Part shown: piece after piece, positions 38,636 to 45,986 of the stretch
How the letters are laid out: each line of letters begins with the position of its first letter
Numbering within the stretch: the first letter of the stretch is position 1
Origin: a virus
DNA: 64,000 bases
IMG/VR virus record: IMGVR_UViG_3300044816_000082
Span: 26,881 to 90,880 of that record
Reading direction: 5' to 3' (one strand)
Program-made: the position numbers and the translations under genes
The notes under the pieces: generated by a model
The model's database searches: none
Told to the model about the DNA's origin: nothing
What the model saw: only the letters and a program-made list of their open reading frames with translations

Positions 38636-38638
38636 CCT
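38608..38638 (+). promoter_or_regulatory. late-type promoter, leaderless to GTG 38646
   Basis: CGCGAC-N19-TAGCCT-N7-GTG. Confidence 0.7.
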
Positions 38639-38645
38639 GCACGCT

Positions 38646-38879
38646 GTGACGACACCTGACCCCCCCAACACGGGGGTACCCACGACACGCGTCGGGCTGG
38701 GGTTCGTGATCGCTCTGGTCGACGCGGTCGCGTTGCTGCTGATCGTGGCCGGGTCGGTCCTTGCCTGCGTGGCCGGGTGGATCGGGGCCGGCCGGGTGGG
38801 ACTTCTCGCTGTCCTTGGAGGTGTGCTGCTGCTCCTCGGCATCCTGCTCGGTCTGACCGGAGGCGACGATGGCACGTAG
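38646..38879 (+). CDS. small 2-TM membrane protein
   Basis: Long hydrophobic stretches; directly upstream of the portal. Confidence 0.65.
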   Translation: MTTPDPPNTGVPTTRVGLGFVIALVDAVALLLIVAGSVLACVAGWIGAGRVGLLAVLGGVLLLLGILLGLTGGDDGT

Positions 38880-41800
38880 GTTCCTGTCAGGGGTGCAACT
38901 CAAAGGACGGCCGCTGCAGACCGTGCTTCCGTCGGGGGCCGTTGATGTGCACGGTGGACCTCGGGAGCGTAAGGAACTGGTCTTGTCGTCCTACTTCGGG
39001 GGCGGTCTGGTCAGCGCGAACCCGGCAGGGCCGGCGGGGAAGGCATGGACGTGGCAGCGGGGAGTGGTCGAGGGATACAGCCGGGTCGTGTGGTGCTACC
39101 GGGCGGTGGAGGTCCTCGCGGGGGTCTACAGCAGGCTCCCGCTGATGGTCGCGGACATCCTCACGCTCGGGGCCGATCGTGAACCGGAGCTCGTCTTGGA
39201 CGACCCGCTCCTGCCGTTGCTGAGCCAGTACGGACACGCGAACCCGGTCGAGACTGGGCAGCAGTACCGGCACCGCAAGGCGCAGCAGGTGCTGCTGAGC
39301 CCGCGCGGGACGTTCACGGAGGTACTCAAAAGCCGCGGCGGGACGCCCCTGTCGCTGACGCTGCTGCCCCCTGGCCGGACCAGGATCGTCGCGGCGAAGG
39401 ACGGGAGCATCGACCACTACGAGGTCGACCCGCACCGGCCCGGCGACAGGATCCGACCGATCGAACCCGATCTTGTGCTGTGGGACCGGGACCCGCACCC
39501 CGACAACCCCTACGCTGGGATGACGCCCCTCGAGGCGGCGGGGTTGACGTTGGAGACCGATCACTTCGCGCGCCTGTTCAACCGGTCCTACCTCGCGAAC
39601 GACGACGGGGTCGCAACGATCGTCGGGGTCGAACCCTCCGATGACGACAGCGGTGAGCTCAGCGAGGAGGAAAGCGAACGGATCGAACGCAAGATCGGGG
39701 GCAACGGGGTCCTCGACGCCGGCCGGACCATCGTCGTCGACGGGAAGGTCACGATGGTCGATGTGGGCCGTACCCCCCGCGATGCGTCGTACGGCGAGCT
39801 GCGCCTCGCAGGCCGGGACGAGATCAGCATCGCCTTCTACGTGCCCTTGTCGAAGATGGGCGACGCCTCGGGGCGGACCTATGCGAACGCAGGTCAGGAA
39901 GATGACAACTGGTGGCCGGAACGGGTAGCGCCGTTCGCGGACGCCCGCGCGGGCGCGTACAACCCCCTCACCGACGATGGGCTCGCGGTCATCCCGGACT
40001 ACAGCCGCGTGGAGGCGCTCAACAACCTGCGCCGCAAGCGTCGGGAGGAGATGTCCGCGGAGGTCACCGCCGGGCTGCGGACCCCGCTGTCCTACGCCCG
40101 CCGAACCGGGCAGCTCGGCACCGGGGACTTCCCCGACGTCCCCGGTACCCGGGTGCTGTGGCGCACCGGTGGTGTCCCGATCGGGGATCCCGCCGATGTT
40201 GCGGAGGCCGAGAAACTCACGATCATCTCCGCGCCTGTCGCGCCACCCGCCACGGGCACTCAACCCCTATCGGTACCGCCGGCGAACGTCCCAACGCCCG
40301 TGGAGGGTAAGCGTGCCGCACGAGCGCACCACACGAAAGCGGGACCGGGCCGTGACCAGGACGACGACGCGGAGGATGATCGAGCGGCGCTGGACGCCGC
40401 GGTTGAGGGGGCGCTCGCGGCACTGGCGACCCGCCAGACCGATCAGGCACTCGCGCGACTGAGTGGCGTCAAGGCGCGCCGCGACACCCGGTATTGGAAC
40501 CCCCCGGGTCGTAAAACGATCAATCCCGACGACGTCGCGGACCCGGAGGTGTGGGCGCAGCAGGCGTACGACGCGACTGCTCCGCTCCTCGCTCAAGGCG
40601 CCGCGCAGGCCGGTGTCGGGACCTACGATCAGCTCGCAGCGCAGGGCGTCGACGTCGCCCCCGAGGAACTCCCACCGGAGGAAACGTCCGACCCGCTCAT
40701 CGATGCGCTCGTCACGGTCGCTATGGCCGCGATCGGGACCGCCCCCATGACGGTCCCCGCCGCGGCGGTCCCGATCATTGCCTACCTCGCGGGGCGGGGA
40801 GCGTTCGAGGCGGCGCAGGTCATCGCGGACGCGGCGCGGGCCCGCGCTGAGCGGGTACGGGCTGCGCTCGCTGAGGCGCAGCACCTCGCTCCGCTCGCCG
40901 GCCGGGACGCCCTCACGCCCGTGCAGGACGCTGTACGAGTCGCCGCTGGGGACGCCCTGGCGTGGGCGAAACGTAACGCCACCGTCGCGGTCACCGCCGC
41001 CGTCGAAGGGACCCGTACCCGGATTCTTACCGCTGCTGGGGACCGCGTCGAGCGGATCTGGCGGACCCGCCGCGATGACAAGGTCCGTCCGGCGCATGAG
41101 GAAGCGGAGGGGCAGGTCCGGCGTGCTGCGGCGCCGTTCGACGTCGGTGGGGAGGAACTCCGCTGGCCCGGCGACCCCCTCGGGAGTCCGGAGAACATCA
41201 TCAACTGTGTTCCGCCCTGGCAGACCGTCAGCCCTGTCGGGGACTTGCTCGCGGTGCTACGGGCGCCCTATGACGGGCTGCTCTACACGGTGACGACGCG
41301 GAGCGGCCGCGTCCTGTCCGGTACAGCGCAGCACCCTGCACTCACCGACCGAGGATGGGTCGGCCTCAGCAGCCTGAGCATGGGCGACCACCTCATCGGC
41401 GAGGCGCTCGGACAGGCACGTCACGCCGGGACCAAGGGCGACCCCGCGGGCACACCAGACGTACAGGACGCGCCAACCCGCGCCGACGAGCTGTTCCATG
41501 CGGTCGCTCAAGCGGGGAACCAACAGCGGGTGGCCCGGCTGGCGGTGAACCTCCACGGCGACCTGGCCGATGGTGATGTCGACGTTGTAGCGACCGACTG
41601 CGACTTGCCTCCCGAGAACGACCCCACGCTCGCGGAGCAGATCGCACAGTTCGTCTTCACCGAGGTTCACCCGGCCGTCACGCTGCCGAGTGACAGCCCG
41701 CGCAGCCATCGACTCGTCGGTGTCGCGCTGTCCGCGGCGCGCAGCGTGAGCCGCGGCAGCGAGTGTCCGGCGGTCGTCGGGGCTGGTACGCGCCATGCGG

Positions 41801-44325
41801 GTCAACATGGCGTCACCCCGACCCCGGATAGGCACGCCCTCGCGCTCGAAACGTCGGCGCAGCGCGTCCCGGCTCACTCCGAGTTCGCGGGCGAGGGCAT
41901 TCTCGGACTCTCCGGCGAGGTACCTGTCGGAGATCCCCTCGGGCAGGGTCAGGTGACGACGCTTCCCGCGCAGAGGGATACCCGCCTCACGGATCACGTC
42001 GTAGACCCTGGTCAGGGACTGGTGGAGGTCCCGGGCGATCTCGCCGACGTTCTGCCCTTCGACGTAGCGACGGACGAGATCGTCTCGATCGACTCGCGCT
42101 GGTATCGCGGTCACGTCTACACCCTCCACACAAGCACCGGCATCTACCTCACAGACGGGCTGTCGAGTCGTAACTGCCGCTGTCGCGTATCTTACCGGAT
42201 CCGGCGCAAGGGCGTCCCGTACGTCAAGGCCCTCGAGGGCGAGCTCGAGGGCAAGGTGTTCGAGGAGGACAAGCACCCCCGCGGGTTCCACGGACGGTTC
42301 GGGCACGTCGTCAAGACCGAAGCAGAGGGGCTGTCCGACGCCCTCGAGGTCCACCACGCCCCGAGCGGTCCTGAGGAAATGACCGCGGAGTCGCTGCACG
42401 CGCGGGCGCGGAAGGGCGAGAAGCTCGCTGGTCGGACCGTGACGCTGCTCGGCGCGACGTCCGGGGATCCCTACGACGTGACCCTCACGCGGGAGCCGCA
42501 GGTCCACCCTGACGGGATCGTTCTGAACTTCCACCGCGGCTACGACGCCGACGGGGAACTGCGGGTCGGGCAGCGAAAGCTCGAACCCGACGAGGTGATC
42601 CACCTGCACCCGGCCGTGATCGCTGACGTCATGCACGGCGCCGACCCGACGCATCACGCCCTCGGGGGTGAGGGTCACCTGCAGCTCCCCGAGGGGATCC
42701 GGCGGGGCAAGAACCACGTCCGGGCCGTCGCTGCTGCACGTGCCGTCATCGGGGAACGTCCAGGTCGGCGCCTGCGGACCCCCGAGAACGACAGTGAGGT
42801 CGAGCGGTACAACGGTCTCATCGCGATCAACCAGGAGGGGGTCGACAGGTGGAAGCACGCCCTCGCGACGGGGATCGTGCCGATCGACAACGCCGGCGGG
42901 CAGGAGGGCGTCAAGTTCGGGTCGCGGCGAGACGAGTACGGGCTGCACACGAGCAGGTCGGAGGCGCAGGACTACCTCGATCAGTACCAGGGGACCGTCG
43001 ATCGGATTACCGCGAAACGCGATGAGTACCTCGCCTTCCTGCACAAGCAGAACGTCTATCCGCAGGGTGGGCGGTGGGAGTACGACACCGACACCGGTCA
43101 CGCGCATCTCACGGCGGTCCTTTCGGCGGGGAAGACCCTCGACGCGAAAGCGACCCGCAGAGCTGACCGGGCGATCTTGGCCGAAGGTGTCAACGACGCC
43201 GCGGTCCGGGCTCGTCTGGACGTGATCGAGGCTGAGTTCACCGCAGCTCGGCGTGCGCGCAGCGCCGTCCTCGAGTCCCTGGCCGGGAAGGACGACATTG
43301 AGGCGCGTAAGGCGGTGCTCGACGCGCTTCCACAGACCCACCCGCAGGTGTACGCCCGGTTCGAGGCTGCGTTCGCAGCATCAGAGGCCGCCGCTGGCGC
43401 GTGGACAGAGGCGTGGTCCCGGCGCAACGAGATCACCCGGCAGGCGTACCTCGAGGTCCTGCATGAGGTCCGGCCGATGGGTGCCGGTGACACCGGCGGG
43501 CACGACCTGCTCGCAGAGGGCATGAGAGGGACGTACAGCGGACGGGTGCGTGACCTCAAGGTCGGGGACAGGTTCCCCTACGCAGATGATCCGCAGGGCG
43601 GGCGCAGGTACCGGGTCGTGCAGGCCACCCGACCCGACCCGGACAATCCCGGGAAGTGGCTCGTCACGACCGCCGATGAGGACGGGACACGGGCGCTTGA
43701 GGGACGGTTCTACGCTGATGAGCATGTTGAGCTCGACCCGCCGAAAGGATGGGTCCCGTCCCCGACTGCGGGTGAGAGCAACGCGATCATCGCGCTGCGC
43801 GCCGCGGAACGGTTCTACCCGACGTCGTGGATCGCGGCGAGCCGCGGGACCGGGCAGATGCGCGTGGGACATGTCGAGCGTGGGTTCTACAGCGCGGAGA
43901 AGGCCGTCATCGCCCTGTCAGGTACCGACGCCGACCTGAACCGGGTCGCGGTCCACGAGCTCGGGCACCGCGCTGAGTACACCGTCGATGGGCTGATGAC
44001 GTTGGAGTTCCAACTCCACTACGAGCGGACCGCGACGAAGCCTGGTGCGAAGGTGCATCCCCGCAACGAGCTCCGACAACTCGACGGCTACCCCACCGGG
44101 GAGGTCGCGCAGGCCGATCAGTACCCCACGGCGTACAGCGGCCGGGTGTACGGCAGGGGCCGGCCCGAGAACGCCTGGGAGGTGTTCTCGACCACCATCG
44201 AGTCGCTGTTCGGGGGCAGCTCGCATGCTGATGAGCAGATGCGCCAGTTCGGGCTGGGTGTCCTCGCGACCCTCGGGCCGGCGAGCGCGGCCCCGCCGAC
44301 GTTCGTGCCAGACGTGCGTCCGTAG
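38869..44325 (+). CDS. portal protein - MuF fusion with intein and C-terminal HExxH metallopeptidase-like domain
   Basis: HK97-like portal N-terminus (YAGMTPLEAA, EISIAF.VP..MG...RTYAN); MuF WRTRRDDKVRPAH...PF.VGGE.LRWPGDP.G.PENIINCRC after splicing; HELGH at 43954-43968. Confidence 0.88.
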   Translation: MARRFLSGVQLKGRPLQTVLPSGAVDVHGGPRERKELVLSSYFGGGLVSANPAGPAGKAWTWQRGVVEGYSRVVWCYRAVEVLAGVYSRLPLMVADILTLGADREPELVLDDPLLPLLSQYGHANPVETGQQYRHRKAQQVLLSPRGTFTEVLKSRGGTPLSLTLLPPGRTRIVAAKDGSIDHYEVDPHRPGDRIRPIEPDLVLWDRDPHPDNPYAGMTPLEAAGLTLETDHFARLFNRSYLANDDGVATIVGVEPSDDDSGELSEEESERIERKIGGNGVLDAGRTIVVDGKVTMVDVGRTPRDASYGELRLAGRDEISIAFYVPLSKMGDASGRTYANAGQEDDNWWPERVAPFADARAGAYNPLTDDGLAVIPDYSRVEALNNLRRKRREEMSAEVTAGLRTPLSYARRTGQLGTGDFPDVPGTRVLWRTGGVPIGDPADVAEAEKLTIISAPVAPPATGTQPLSVPPANVPTPVEGKRAARAHHTKAGPGRDQDDDAEDDRAALDAAVEGALAALATRQTDQALARLSGVKARRDTRYWNPPGRKTINPDDVADPEVWAQQAYDATAPLLAQGAAQAGVGTYDQLAAQGVDVAPEELPPEETSDPLIDALVTVAMAAIGTAPMTVPAAAVPIIAYLAGRGAFEAAQVIADAARARAERVRAALAEAQHLAPLAGRDALTPVQDAVRVAAGDALAWAKRNATVAVTAAVEGTRTRILTAAGDRVERIWRTRRDDKVRPAHEEAEGQVRRAAAPFDVGGEELRWPGDPLGSPENIINCVPPWQTVSPVGDLLAVLRAPYDGLLYTVTTRSGRVLSGTAQHPALTDRGWVGLSSLSMGDHLIGEALGQARHAGTKGDPAGTPDVQDAPTRADELFHAVAQAGNQQRVARLAVNLHGDLADGDVDVVATDCDLPPENDPTLAEQIAQFVFTEVHPAVTLPSDSPRSHRLVGVALSAARSVSRGSECPAVVGAGTRHAGQHGVTPTPDRHALALETSAQRVPAHSEFAGEGILGLSGEVPVGDPLGQGQVTTLPAQRDTRLTDHVVDPGQGLVEVPGDLADVLPFDVATDEIVSIDSRWYRGHVYTLHTSTGIYLTDGLSSRNCRCRVSYRIRRKGVPYVKALEGELEGKVFEEDKHPRGFHGRFGHVVKTEAEGLSDALEVHHAPSGPEEMTAESLHARARKGEKLAGRTVTLLGATSGDPYDVTLTREPQVHPDGIVLNFHRGYDADGELRVGQRKLEPDEVIHLHPAVIADVMHGADPTHHALGGEGHLQLPEGIRRGKNHVRAVAAARAVIGERPGRRLRTPENDSEVERYNGLIAINQEGVDRWKHALATGIVPIDNAGGQEGVKFGSRRDEYGLHTSRSEAQDYLDQYQGTVDRITAKRDEYLAFLHKQNVYPQGGRWEYDTDTGHAHLTAVLSAGKTLDAKATRRADRAILAEGVNDAAVRARLDVIEAEFTAARRARSAVLESLAGKDDIEARKAVLDALPQTHPQVYARFEAAFAASEAAAGAWTEAWSRRNEITRQAYLEVLHEVRPMGAGDTGGHDLLAEGMRGTYSGRVRDLKVGDRFPYADDPQGGRRYRVVQATRPDPDNPGKWLVTTADEDGTRALEGRFYADEHVELDPPKGWVPSPTAGESNAIIALRAAERFYPTSWIAASRGTGQMRVGHVERGFYSAEKAVIALSGTDADLNRVAVHELGHRAEYTVDGLMTLEFQLHYERTATKPGAKVHPRNELRQLDGYPTGEVAQADQYPTAYSGRVYGRGRPENAWEVFSTTIESLFGGSSHADEQMRQFGLGVLATLGPASAAPPTFVPDVRP
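41206..42174 (+). mobile_element. intein (323 aa) in the MuF NCRC motif
   Basis: N-terminal Cys (CVPPWQTV), block B GTAQHPALT.RGW, block F VYTLHT, ends ...SSRN followed by Cys. Confidence 0.88.
41257..42114 (-). CDS. antisense HTH-HTH-DUF559/Vsr-like endonuclease nested in the intein
   Basis: GTG start with GGAGG 8 nt upstream; two RY..G.S...ARxLxxS repeats; GEDEL..LL.ERG....QVAVGRYNVD....VAVEV...GWRVLYVW. Confidence 0.8.
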   Translation of the reverse strand: MTAIPARVDRDDLVRRYVEGQNVGEIARDLHQSLTRVYDVIREAGIPLRGKRRHLTLPEGISDRYLAGESENALARELGVSRDALRRRFEREGVPIRGRGDAMLTRMARTSPDDRRTLAAAAHAARRGQRDTDESMAARAVTRQRDGRVNLGEDELCDLLRERGVVLGRQVAVGRYNVDITIGQVAVEVHRQPGHPLLVPRLSDRMEQLVGAGWRVLYVWCARGVALGPGVTCLSERLADEVVAHAQAAEADPSSVGECRVLRCTGQDAAAPRRHRVEQPVIGRP

Positions 44326-44340
44326 CGCTACCGTCTGACG

Positions 44341-44622
44341 ATGCGTGTCACCGGGTGGATCAGCCAGCAGCCCTACGACGTTCAGTGGGGCGGCGGGATG
44401 GTGTGGGGCAACGACCACACCAACGGGACTGAGGCCACGCTGACGCTGCTCGAGAGCAGCGTCGGGCGCTCGTTCGACCCGGGCCCGGGAATGCCCGACC
44501 TTGTGCTGAGCCTCGATGATCCGCGCAGCGTGCTCGGGTGCCTGAACGGGTCAACGACCCTCGGGACGGTTGAGGACGGGCCGCTGCTCGCTCCGCCGTT
44601 ACCCGAAGGCGCGATCGGCTGA
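44341..44622 (+). CDS. small acidic protein, candidate immunity to the MuF C-terminal domain
   Basis: Follows the MuF fusion; TACCGT 6 nt before ATG. Confidence 0.6.
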   Translation: MRVTGWISQQPYDVQWGGGMVWGNDHTNGTEATLTLLESSVGRSFDPGPGMPDLVLSLDDPRSVLGCLNGSTTLGTVEDGPLLAPPLPEGAIG

Positions 44623-44680
44623 CACCGCGCGTCAACCCGGTATACAATGAGGGTGCAGGGCAGGCGAGCGACCCGCCCCG
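44619..44680 (+). promoter_or_regulatory. early-type promoter plus hairpin
   Basis: CTGACA-N18-TACAAT; hairpin loop CGAGCGA. Confidence 0.8.
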
Positions 44681-44695
44681 CGAGGAGGAAACGAG

Positions 44696-45172
44696 ATGAG
44701 CCAAGGACCAGCCACCGCGAGCAGCACCTACCTGTGTCCCGACTGCGATCAGGCGTTCACCGGGCTCGGCGGGGCGATGTGGGAGCACAAGTACACCCAC
44801 CGTCCCTACACGGCGGTCGACCCGAGCACGCCGCAGCGGTACACGCGGTTGTTCGCGACCGTCGAGGAGGCACGGGCGTGCGCGCAGGGCGGCGTCGTGA
44901 AGGACGCCCGGACTGACAAGGTTGTCCCGGTGAACGTGGGCCGCATATGCGCGAGCTGCGAGGCTCCCGTCACCTACGCCCCGGAGACCGGCAGGTCGAG
45001 TTGGCGGCACACCGACCCGACGACCCCGGAGCACGGATGGGTCGACCCGATGTCGCAGTGCCCCACCTGCGGGGAACGGTCGGCGGTGTGGGAGGTGCGG
45101 GACACCAACTGGGGTATCCAGTCCGACTGCGCGGCCTGCGGGTACAGCCACTACATGTCGATCGGTGACTAG
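44696..45172 (+). CDS. Zn-finger moron protein
   Basis: CPDC, CASC, CPTC, CAAC; SD GAGGAGG. Confidence 0.7.
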   Translation: MSQGPATASSTYLCPDCDQAFTGLGGAMWEHKYTHRPYTAVDPSTPQRYTRLFATVEEARACAQGGVVKDARTDKVVPVNVGRICASCEAPVTYAPETGRSSWRHTDPTTPEHGWVDPMSQCPTCGERSAVWEVRDTNWGIQSDCAACGYSHYMSIGD

Positions 45173-45229
45173 AACCGCGCTAACCGGGTATACATCCATT
45201 GTGGGAGGTGGGCAAGCGGCCCACCTCCC
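45170..45229 (+). promoter_or_regulatory. early-type promoter plus hairpin
   Basis: TAGAACCGCGCTAACCGGGTATACA; GGGAGGTGGG-CAAGCGG-CCCACCTCCC. Confidence 0.8.
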
Positions 45230-45242
45230 GGGAAGGAACATC

Positions 45243-45731
45243 ATGACCAACGCCCTTGGGCCGGTGACGATCGACGGGATGCTGACTGTCACCGCGTCGT
45301 ACGACCCCACCGATCGGTGGAACGGGTTCATCACCACCCCGTACGTCACCCGCGAGCAGGCCGAGCGGATCGCCGCGTGGCTCAGAGGGGACCCCGGCGA
45401 GATGCAGCACATCCACTTCGACGGCGACGTCCTCGTGCTGACCACCCTCGAGGATGAGGAACCCGAGCAGGAGCGGGTCGAACCCGTCGACGGGCTGTAC
45501 CCCGTCGGGTTCGGGTGGGTCTGGACCGAGGCTGAGGAGGACACGCTCGCGACGTCGCACGCACCTGACGTCGACGCGACCATCAAGGTCGAGGTCCTGC
45601 GCGACGGCAAGGTCCTGACGACCTGCGCTGACGCCAACGCTGCGTTTGCGTGGCTGCAACGCCACCAATGCATGAGCGTCGACTGGGCAATCCGGCACGA
45701 GGGCTACTCCATGCGACAGGTGACGGCATGA
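45243..45731 (+). CDS. hypothetical moron protein
   Basis: RWNGF..PY.T.E.A...DGLYPVGFGW.W; second module AF.WL.RHQ.MSVDWA..HEGY. Confidence 0.75.
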   Translation: MTNALGPVTIDGMLTVTASYDPTDRWNGFITTPYVTREQAERIAAWLRGDPGEMQHIHFDGDVLVLTTLEDEEPEQERVEPVDGLYPVGFGWVWTEAEEDTLATSHAPDVDATIKVEVLRDGKVLTTCADANAAFAWLQRHQCMSVDWAIRHEGYSMRQVTA

Positions 45732-45907
45732 GGATGACCGATGTGCTGAACAGCGTCGCGAGTTCGATCAACGCCTCACCTTGGTCCGTGCGGGTCGACA
45801 CCCCAACTGTCACCGCTGAGGGCACCGACAACGCCCTCGGAGAGGTCACGTTCCGCACCGCGAGTGGCGCCGTGTACTACCTGACGCTCATCGAGGTACC
45901 GAGCTAA
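45728..45907 (+). CDS. hypothetical protein
   Basis: ATGA-coupled. Confidence 0.55.
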   Translation: MRMTDVLNSVASSINASPWSVRVDTPTVTAEGTDNALGEVTFRTASGAVYYLTLIEVPS

Positions 45908-45930
45908 GGGCGACCCTCGCACCCCGACCG

Positions 45931-45964
45931 TGACACCCTCACCCCGAACCGGGTGAGGGTGTCA
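45931..45964. promoter_or_regulatory. perfect 14-bp inverted repeat overlapping a variant late promoter
   Basis: TGACACCCTCACCC-CGAACC-GGGTGAGGGTGTCA; GGCGAC(45909)-N19-CACCCT. Confidence 0.65.
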
Positions 45965-45986
45965 GGCTGTGCGAGGGAGGACGACC

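Noticed and set aside
38887-40263. Long antisense ORFs opposite the portal (also 50249-51685, 56046-57131, 60274-61269)
   Set aside because: Typical high-GC shadow frames with no motifs, while the sense frames are clearly functional.
42157-42187. Minus-strand CGCGAC-N19-CAGCCC as promoter for the antisense endonuclease
   Set aside because: Spacing fits, but both conserved Ts of the -10 are missing; it may be chance.
42115-43341. Upstream 409 codons of the listed 694-aa minus ORF
   Set aside because: Codon-in-register shadow of the real + strand protein; only the part from GTG 42114 has an SD and recognisable domains.
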